From the IMG/VR virus record IMGVR_UViG_3300047272_000051, positions 1 to 28,100 of that record: a stretch of 28,100 nucleotides of DNA, one strand, 5' to 3'. The notes under the pieces were generated by a model. The model had not been told where the DNA came from and made no database searches. It worked only from the letters and a program-made list of their open reading frames with translations. The position numbers and the translations under genes were made by a program. This document shows, piece by piece, positions 7,264-13,526 of the stretch (the stretch's first letter is position 1; every line of letters begins with the position of its first letter). Origin of the DNA: a virus. Taxonomy: Duplodnaviria; Caudoviricetes.

Positions 7264-8850
7264 TTATGCTCCCATCATCATGAATGTGTCTGTTAATGGA
7301 TCTGTAACTATACTTGCCCAAGAAGCTGAAGTTCCATTAGTTGTTAAATACTTGCCAGAGTTTCCAGTCTGAGATGGTAAAGCATCTACAGTTGCCCAAG
7401 ATGCAGATGTTCCATTGTTTGTTAGATACTTTCCAGAGTTACCGGTAAGTGATGGAATATACCCTGCAGCAGTAGATGCACTAGATGCAGCAGAGTTAGC
7501 AGAAGTCAAAGCACTAGAAGCTGAAGTTGATGCAGAACTTGCTGATGTGGCTGCTGATGTTGCAGAAGTAGATGCACTTGATGCACTTGTCGCTGCTGAT
7601 GTTGCAGAGGTTGCTGCACTCGATGCAGAATTTGCTGCTGCTGTAGCAACCGTGGATATGCTTACAAAGGTGCTGGATGTTGTATCAGCATCTGTAATAG
7701 ATCCCATATCACGGACTATTCCAGAGCCAGTTAAACCAATTACTGATGAGTAACTTGATAGGGCCGATGAGGCAGAAGTCGAAGCCGAGGATGCCGAGGT
7801 AGCAGCAGCTGATGCGGATGCTGCTGCAGAGTTGGCTGAGGTCAGGGCTGAGGATGCACTTGTAGAGGCACTAGAGGCCGATGTAGCCGCTGAAGTAGCA
7901 CTTGTGGCCGCAGATGAGGTAGACCCAAAGATCGTGTCTATATAAGACTTAGTAGCTGCATCTGTGTTGTTTGTTGGGGTACCAAGATCTGTGATCTTGT
8001 TATTACCCATGGACAAGGCACCGGTCATAGAGTCGCCAGCCTTGGCCACCTTAGTACCGATAGATGTAGATACTGTTGTTGCAAAGTTGGCATCATCGCC
8101 AAGGGCAGCCGCTAACTCGTTAAGAGTATCAAGGGCTGCTGGAGCAGAATCAATTACTGCTGCAACTGTTGTGTCTACATAAGCCTTGGTAGCAGCATCG
8201 GTATTAGCCGATGGAGTTCCAAGTCCTGTGATCTTGTAAGTTCCGGCAGCAAGATCAGAACCCAAGGTTCCGCTTGTAATTATCTTAGATGTAAGGGTAG
8301 ATGCCACACCATCAAGGGTGACTGTACCTGTTGCATTGGGAAGAGTAATTGTTCGGTCTGCTGTTGGATCCGTAGCAAGAATTCTAGTTTCATAGGCATC
8401 TGCTGTTGCACCCTCGAAGTAGATTCCATCGCCGTTGATAGTTGGAGATGTTAAGGTCTTATTAGTAAGAACTTGTGTATCAGTATCGCCAACTACATTG
8501 CCAGTTACACCGTGGACTCCAGCAGTAGTTGGAGTTGCAGAAGTTCCAGCGTGAGCTGAAAACTCGTTGAAGTCCTGACCTGAAACCACATGTCGGACTG
8601 TTGCACCGATTGAGTGTGAGATTGCTGTCGTTCCATCTTGTCCACGAACAACTGTAGCAACGGTTCCAGATACACCTGTAACCTTGATAAGTTCTTCTTT
8701 GTTTGTGTCAGGATCGATAACAAGTGTGAAGGGATAGTTAGATGGGAATCCGGTAACGAGGTCGAGGGTGATTGATTCGACAACGCTATCGACTGATGCA
8801 GCAAGGGATGCTTGCTTAGCCGTTGAGGCGTAGTATCTATTTTGGGCCAT
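7264..8850 (-). CDS. Tail fibre protein with Ser/Ala/Thr repeats
   Basis: 528 aa. N-terminal EELIKVT..SG...TVVRGQDGT, LTNKTLTSPTI, two KIT.LGTP..NTDAATK.Y.DT repeats, APAALDTLNELAAALGDD, SAATSA blocks and two PS.TGNSGKYLT.NGTSASWA repeats. Confidence 0.8.
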   Translation of the reverse strand: MAQNRYYASTAKQASLAASVDSVVESITLDLVTGFPSNYPFTLVIDPDTNKEELIKVTGVSGTVATVVRGQDGTTAISHSIGATVRHVVSGQDFNEFSAHAGTSATPTTAGVHGVTGNVVGDTDTQVLTNKTLTSPTINGDGIYFEGATADAYETRILATDPTADRTITLPNATGTVTLDGVASTLTSKIITSGTLGSDLAAGTYKITGLGTPSANTDAATKAYVDTTVAAVIDSAPAALDTLNELAAALGDDANFATTVSTSIGTKVAKAGDSMTGALSMGNNKITDLGTPTNNTDAATKSYIDTIFGSTSSAATSATSAATSASSASTSASSALTSANSAAASASAAATSASSASTSASSALSSYSSVIGLTGSGIVRDMGSITDADTTSSTFVSISTVATAAANSASSAATSATSAATSASSASTSATSAATSASSASTSASSALTSANSAASSASTAAGYIPSLTGNSGKYLTNNGTSASWATVDALPSQTGNSGKYLTTNGTSASWASIVTDPLTDTFMMMGA

Positions 8851-8853
8851 TGA

Positions 8854-9756
8854 TTACCTCGTATAGTGGAGTTTAGGTGGATAGAGATCACGGAGTCCGG
8901 CAGCTTCTTGTTGAAGTCGCTGAGTGTAGAGACCGAGGAAGTAACGAGATGCGGCAGATCCAGAACCAATAGGCTTTGCTCTATCGAGCATGTCTGCTTC
9001 TACCGAGGTTGAAGGAACTCGTGCAGCATCGGCTCCAGCAAGGAGACGGGCAATAGTTCCATATGTGATTACATCTATTGTGCTAGATGGAAGACCGGTT
9101 ACAGTCTCGTATACATCTGCTGATGCAGATAAAGTTGTTGGTGCCTTGGCGTATGTAACCTGTACTGTTCGTCCAGCATCAATGCCATCGAACAATAGAA
9201 GTGACTTACCTGTTGTAAAGGCTGTTGTGTTTGATGTCTTATCGACATCGTATCTACGGACATCAAGCCATTCCTTGGATGAGCCAAGTGTCTGCCACTT
9301 AACTGCCAAGATGTAATCTGCTACAGCCGGAAGGCTGTATGAAACTACTGATGTATTGAATTGGAATGTGTGAGTTCCAACGCCATAGAGTTCCGGGTAT
9401 ACAGCTTGGATGGTGTCATTGATTGCTTGCTTAACCATGAAGCGTGGATACGCTGGGGCTACAGTTACCTTAGTTTCATTGGCTGCAGTAGATGCAGTAG
9501 TTCCACGGAAACCACGACCCCAAGGTGCAAGGTATACCTGCTTGGTTAGGTTATCTGTACGATCTACATACATTAACTCATCGCCAACTTCAATTAACCC
9601 ACGGCCCATCTGAGCAGTCTCATTGACTACGAATGTTGTAGCTGAGTTTGTAATTCCACCAGATTGGTTTATCCAAGTAGCAGTCTCCTGCTGGGCCCCA
9701 TAGCCTTGGATCTGTCCAAGGACTCGTTCGATTAAATCATTAAATGTTGTTGTCAT
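8854..9756 (-). CDS. Virion structural protein, probable head-tail adaptor/tail tubular A-like
   Basis: 300 aa, directly precedes the fibre gene. Contains GLIEVGDELMYV...GRGFRGTTA. Function inferred from position and size. Confidence 0.45.
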   Translation of the reverse strand: MTTTFNDLIERVLGQIQGYGAQQETATWINQSGGITNSATTFVVNETAQMGRGLIEVGDELMYVDRTDNLTKQVYLAPWGRGFRGTTASTAANETKVTVAPAYPRFMVKQAINDTIQAVYPELYGVGTHTFQFNTSVVSYSLPAVADYILAVKWQTLGSSKEWLDVRRYDVDKTSNTTAFTTGKSLLLFDGIDAGRTVQVTYAKAPTTLSASADVYETVTGLPSSTIDVITYGTIARLLAGADAARVPSTSVEADMLDRAKPIGSGSAASRYFLGLYTQRLQQEAAGLRDLYPPKLHYTR

Positions 9757-10022
9757 GAAGACCTCGCTCTTAGAGCTGCGGCAGCAGCCAGATCAGTAGT
9801 TCCACCAAGTTGATTGCAGACCCCACGAAGGTCTTTCCAGTTAGGACGGGAGTTACCGGCTTTGGTATTCAAGGCACCAACGAGGTCTAGTCCTGTGGTT
9901 CCAGCCCAAGTGTTAGCAGCTTGTGCTACTCCCACATATGACTGAATTGCAGGATATGTACCACCGTTAGCAAGCCTATTAAGCTCAGCCTTAAGTGTAC
10001 TTCCATTAGTGCCTGTCGCCAT
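9753..10022 (-). CDS. Hypothetical phage protein
   Basis: 89 aa, coupled on both sides (TAATG, ATGA). Weak internal repeat L...LN..AG. Confidence 0.7.
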   Translation of the reverse strand: MATGTNGSTLKAELNRLANGGTYPAIQSYVGVAQAANTWAGTTGLDLVGALNTKAGNSRPNWKDLRGVCNQLGGTTDLAAAAALRARSS

Positions 10023-10183
10023 TACTTACCCTTCTTCTTTGCTACTGCTGCGTTATCTACAAGGTTTGGATAAGGACGACCAGCAGCCTTGGCACGGGCC
10101 TTGGCCTGTGTCTTCTGTGCTGGTGTTAGTTTCGTAGATTTCTTCTTTGGATTCTTCGTATCCCAAAATGCTTTCTTCTTCAC
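10022..10183 (-). CDS. Lys-rich basic microprotein (53 aa, not in ORF track)
   Basis: GTG overlaps the upstream TGA (GTGA) and TAA overlaps the next ATG, filling the gap exactly: MKKKAFWDTKNPKKKSTKLTPAQKTQAKARAKAAGRPYPNLVDNAAVAKKKGK. Confidence 0.8.
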   Translation of the reverse strand: MKKKAFWDTKNPKKKSTKLTPAQKTQAKARAKAAGRPYPNLVDNAAVAKKKGK

Positions 10184-10446
10184 CACTTCACCTTATCTGC
10201 CCAATATGCCGCTGACATCTTGCCTTTGGCAATGTTCTTTGCATGACGAGCTTTGAATGATGCTTGTCTTGCTGTTGGCTTCTTATCACCTGAAACACCT
10301 TGCTGACCAAATCTAATTGTCTTAACCTTTGAACCTTCTTTGGCTACGACCACATGAGACTTGGTTGGGTGTGATGGAGTCTTCTTGGGTTTATTGAACC
10401 CGGAGACTCCTGCCTTCTTTAGGCGAGGATCTTTTTTCTCAGCCAT
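10180..10446 (-). CDS. Basic conserved phage protein
   Basis: 88 aa, 19 Lys and 4 Arg by hand count. KTIRFGQQG...SFKARH...SAAYWA.KVKW pattern. Confidence 0.8.
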   Translation of the reverse strand: MAEKKDPRLKKAGVSGFNKPKKTPSHPTKSHVVVAKEGSKVKTIRFGQQGVSGDKKPTARQASFKARHAKNIAKGKMSAAYWADKVKW

Positions 10447-10584
10447 TTACTTCTTCTTCTTGGCTACGGCCTTCTTAACCATCTTCTTCTTGCCGTATTC
10501 CATCATGCGTTCTTTAGGGCCTTCCATCTTTTCATGCTTCTTCTTCATGGCCGCTGACTTGTACTTCTCACCCTTTGCTGACAT
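10447..10584 (-). CDS. Probable separately initiated 45-aa Lys-rich protein nested in frame in the protease C-terminus
   Basis: SD GGGAG at 10591-10595, 6 nt before ATG 10584. Product MSAKGEKYK...AVAKKKK has 17 Lys. Confidence 0.55.
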   Translation of the reverse strand: MSAKGEKYKSAAMKKKHEKMEGPKERMMEYGKKKMVKKAVAKKKK

Positions 10585-11163
10585 TTGGTTCTCCCTTTGT
10601 GTGATTACTTTGATTTTCCCACCGCTGTTGATGTCGAACGATATGGAAACTTCTATGCTCTTACGAGCTTCGTTTGCTGCTGTTCTTGTATTCGTTGGGG
10701 ATAGTGTTGCTCGGGCTAATGCACCAAGTGCATAGGATCCACCGGATCCAATACCGTAGATTCCACGGTCATCTCTTACCCAAGAGAAATCATTGTCGAT
10801 CTGGTAGATCCTGCCTTTAACACATAGCAGGGCATCAAACCCTGCTTCTGCTTTAGGATCATTATCTGCAGTCTTTGGTGCTGGGTCATACCCGTAGTCT
10901 GCATAGGCTTGTCTTAACGATGGCAAGATGTCTGTCATCATAAACTTATCGAGGTTAACCCCTCGTGGGATCTTTGGCATATTCCAACTATGCAAAGCTA
11001 TATCTCCGGCTATTGCATCACCGGCAAAGGCAAATACGAACTCACCCTTTTCAACAACCTTATCCATACCGGTTGCCATAAACTTCTGATCTCCACCTAC
11101 TATCAAAGACTCAGCTGCGATCAATCCCCAACCCTTACCCTGAATACCGATAATGGTTGTCAT
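10447..11163 (-). CDS. Proteasome beta-subunit/HslV-like Ntn threonine protease with Lys-rich C-terminal extension
   Basis: After Met removal: T1, E17, K34, G47 (FAFAGDA), GIGSGGSYALGAL and FDINSGG match the Ntn protease catalytic framework. Confidence 0.85.
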   Translation of the reverse strand: MTTIIGIQGKGWGLIAAESLIVGGDQKFMATGMDKVVEKGEFVFAFAGDAIAGDIALHSWNMPKIPRGVNLDKFMMTDILPSLRQAYADYGYDPAPKTADNDPKAEAGFDALLCVKGRIYQIDNDFSWVRDDRGIYGIGSGGSYALGALARATLSPTNTRTAANEARKSIEVSISFDINSGGKIKVITQRENQMSAKGEKYKSAAMKKKHEKMEGPKERMMEYGKKKMVKKAVAKKKK

Positions 11164-11166
11164 GGC

Positions 11167-11571
11167 TTATCCCTTAAATGAGTTGTCAGTTGAGTCGAAG
11201 GCTTTACCTGCTAGGTTGCTAAGTTCTACAGCAGCCTGAATATCTTTCATATTGGTTGTCGCTGGTTCGATGCCTTGTCTTACTGCATCGCTATATGCCT
11301 TGAGTTCTCCATCGTATGCCTTCGCTGACATAGTACGGCGACCATTGGCATCTCCAGTACTTAACTGAAGACCCTTGGCCTTACATCCAAAGCAATCACA
11401 ATCTGTCTTGCATGGCTCTTTAACAGTAAAGTTATCTGCCATATCGTAAAGAGGTTCTGTGGATGTCTCATCACACTTAGAACAACCCCATAGATCTACA
11501 TGGGATTCCATCTGTCCGTCTACTAACTTGTATCCGAACTTAACTACTTTACCTACATGATCGCATTTCAT
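11167..11571 (-). CDS. Cys-rich hypothetical protein, possible zinc binding
   Basis: 134 aa, CDH, CSKC and CKTDCDCFGCK motifs. Confidence 0.7.
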   Translation of the reverse strand: MKCDHVGKVVKFGYKLVDGQMESHVDLWGCSKCDETSTEPLYDMADNFTVKEPCKTDCDCFGCKAKGLQLSTGDANGRRTMSAKAYDGELKAYSDAVRQGIEPATTNMKDIQAAVELSNLAGKAFDSTDNSFKG

Positions 11572-11876
11572 TAGATCTCCACTAAGAATCCCGTATGTGC
11601 TGTATCAGATAGAGCTGTTGCCTCTGATCTTGTCTTTGTGGGGAATCCTAATGAAGTTAACATTGTTGCTTCTGTGCTTGAAACATTGTGTGTCCTACCG
11701 CCAAGGTAGGCATAGTCTGCTGCATCGGTGTCGTCCTGTGTTACTGCTCGTGATAACACGATGGATGATCCGGTAATAAGTACTGCTACACCTCGTGGAG
11801 AAACTACTCGCTTAAGAAGGCTATCCTTCAAAGGCCATGCTTCCATCACCTGTGGTGGATAAAATTCAAATGCCAT
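11571..11876 (-). CDS. Hypothetical virion-associated protein downstream of capsid
   Basis: 101 aa, SD AAAGGAG, TAATG coupling downstream. Confidence 0.7.
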   Translation of the reverse strand: MAFEFYPPQVMEAWPLKDSLLKRVVSPRGVAVLITGSSIVLSRAVTQDDTDAADYAYLGGRTHNVSSTEATMLTSLGFPTKTRSEATALSDTAHTGFLVEI

Positions 11877-11894
11877 TGTTACTCCTTTGGTAGA

Positions 11895-11920
11895 GAGGGG
11901 GCAGGTTGCCCCACCCCCTC
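11895..11920 (-). terminator. GC-rich GNRA hairpin after the capsid gene (partial terminator or mRNA stabiliser)
   Basis: GAGGGGGTGGG-GCAA-CCTGCCCCCTC: 11-bp stem with two G-U pairs, 14 nt after the capsid stop. No U-tract. Confidence 0.65.
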
Positions 11921-11934
11921 AACTATGAATCTGA

Positions 11935-12858
11935 CTAGAGAGCAGATCCGCCTGTTTCTAGACGAACTACTGCATCGTCACGGAAGATTCCCCAACCGCC
12001 GAAGTACTTCCAGCCGATGGCTGACTTGCGGCGTAGGTAGTCTGTCTGAGGTGATACGACTGTTGTTACATCGTATACATTTGCCTCAAGAAGAGCTTCC
12101 TTACCAACTGCGATTGCCTTGTAGACAGAAGCAGATGATGCACCCTCAGTTGTTTTGAGAACGCGGTTTGTCTGTACAACTTGGAATCCTTCAAGAACAC
12201 CGATGGTGCCTGTAAGGATGTTGCCCATGTTGTCAGTTGTGTACTTGTGGATGTCTACGAATCCGCCAGCACCTGTCTCGGCACGAAGGTCGAAAGCTTG
12301 GCGTGGGTGGATGAATAGTGTGTACAAGTCACCGTTGCGTGGCTGAGCATTACCCTCAAGGAGTTCTGTCTGAGCCTTGCGAAGCATAGCTGTTGAGATA
12401 ACATCTGATGCTGTAAGTGTTGCTGTTGTTGTACGAGATCCACCGTACTTAACCTTTGTACCTGCAACAAGTGCATTAGCAACAAGGGTATCGATTGTGT
12501 CTGCTGCGTTATACGCAAGTGCATCTGCAATCATTGTGTCGATAGATGAGAATGAAGCAAGGTTAACCTTTTCAGTCTCTTCAAGTACATTGCCGTACTC
12601 AGTAACAGTAACTGTTACCTGAGATGGGTTAGCCAATGCAACTGGAGTTACATCTGATGCTTCTGTTAGTGCTGTAGTTGCCTTATCAAGGTTAGCGTAA
12701 ACGCTGAACTTAAGTGAGGTTCCTGGGTTTGTAAGTGCTACTGGGCGGAGATCTGCGATCTGACGCATGACTGGAAGTGAACGGAGTTGTGCCCGTACAT
12801 ATGTGTCATATGCATTTTGAACGAGATTACCGAGACCAGAGATTTGTGTAATTGCCAT
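11935..12858 (-). CDS. Major capsid protein (HK97 fold, N4-gp56-like style)
   Basis: 307 aa. LTEASDVT, VTVTVTEYGN, YNAADTIDTL, FIHPRQAFDLR, GTIGVLEGF and IGWKYFGGW. Follows the scaffold gene and precedes a strong hairpin. Confidence 0.88.
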   Translation of the reverse strand: MAITQISGLGNLVQNAYDTYVRAQLRSLPVMRQIADLRPVALTNPGTSLKFSVYANLDKATTALTEASDVTPVALANPSQVTVTVTEYGNVLEETEKVNLASFSSIDTMIADALAYNAADTIDTLVANALVAGTKVKYGGSRTTTATLTASDVISTAMLRKAQTELLEGNAQPRNGDLYTLFIHPRQAFDLRAETGAGGFVDIHKYTTDNMGNILTGTIGVLEGFQVVQTNRVLKTTEGASSASVYKAIAVGKEALLEANVYDVTTVVSPQTDYLRRKSAIGWKYFGGWGIFRDDAVVRLETGGSAL

Positions 12859-12880
12859 TTAGCAATACCTCTTTCTTGGG

Positions 12881-13363
12881 TTAGTAACCGGCTTTACCGA
12901 GTTGTCCAAAGAGTTCCTTCAATGCATCTGGGCCCTTAGCGGCAGCTTCATCCATTTGCTTCTGAATCATCTGTTGACGATCAGCAGGTAAGGACTGTTC
13001 TACCGTGGCTTGTGCTTTGCTGTAACTATCTAGAAAACCTTCCGGCAAGCCCGTTGGTGTCTGGGTTTGCTGAGCAGGAGCTGCACCAAAGATTGATGAC
13101 TTTGCTTCTACCCATGCTGACAACGATTCCTCCGTGAGGTCGATGTCCTGTGGAATGAACTCAGCGATTGCTGGATTCAACCCACGAGCTGTGAGGACTT
13201 CCGAAATTGTTCGTTCTCTTTTTTCTTTACGCAATGTAGCAAGTTCTTCCTGAATTTCCTTCAGTTGCTTTTCTTTTGCCTTATTGGCTTTGCGTAGTTG
13301 CTTGATAGGATCAGTTTCGTATTCGTTATCGAAATCATCCTCGTATAGCTCTTCATTGGACAT
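12881..13363 (-). CDS. Capsid scaffolding protein
   Basis: 160 aa. Acidic N-terminus, coiled coil (IKQLRKANKAKEKQLKEIQEELATLRKEKRER), Q/P/T linker; immediately upstream of capsid. Confidence 0.75.
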   Translation of the reverse strand: MSNEELYEDDFDNEYETDPIKQLRKANKAKEKQLKEIQEELATLRKEKRERTISEVLTARGLNPAIAEFIPQDIDLTEESLSAWVEAKSSIFGAAPAQQTQTPTGLPEGFLDSYSKAQATVEQSLPADRQQMIQKQMDEAAAKGPDALKELFGQLGKAGY

Positions 13364-13475
13364 GTGTCCTACTCCCTTTTCTATGGTTAGATCGCTGGCC
13401 TCAAGTCATTCGGGGAAATTGACTTGGCTCCAACTACCGTATGTACACACATTCAGAACCGGTCTCTCTGATGCG
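13364..13475 (-). ncRNA. Candidate structured cis-regulatory leader of the scaffold-capsid genes
   Basis: Hairpin CGCATCAGA/TCTGAATGTG; second stem GTTGG..CAAGTCA/TGACTTG..CCAGC with a TTCCCCGAA apex; possible pseudoknot pairings. Confidence 0.5.
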
Positions 13476-13479
13476 GAGT

Positions 13480-13519
13480 GGGTGCCGGGGTCTTGAACCC
13501 CGGAGATTGCCAATCACCC
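13480..13519 (-). ncRNA. tRNA-like mini-element (T-arm plus closing stem, no anticodon arm)
   Basis: GGGTG-ATTGGCAATCT-CCGGGG-TTCAAGA-CCCCGG-CACCC; T-loop consensus TTCRA. Confidence 0.45.
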
Positions 13520-13526
13520 GATAGAA

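Noticed and set aside
5147-8182. Plus-strand Pro-rich or Ala/Asp-rich ORFs opposite the Gly-rich and fibre genes
   Set aside because: Mirror translations of GGN and TCN/GCN codon runs; the whole module is minus-strand.
4393-8850. Diversity-generating retroelement acting on the Mtd-like gene
   Set aside because: Only the Mtd N-terminal-like domain is present; no reverse transcriptase or adenine-variant template/variable repeat pair seen in the window.
13364-13475. HDV-like (theta) or hammerhead ribozyme downstream of the tRNA-like element
   Set aside because: Could not thread the nested P1/P2/P3/P1.1 topology or find a CUGANGA/GAAA core by eye.
13284-13496. Plus-strand 70-aa ORF across the scaffold leader
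   Set aside because: Antisense, overlaps the scaffold start and structured region, no protein-like features.
13476-13526. A complete tRNA gene
   Set aside because: Only about 40 nt, with no D-arm or anticodon arm and no CCA in the correct register; kept only as a tRNA-like element.
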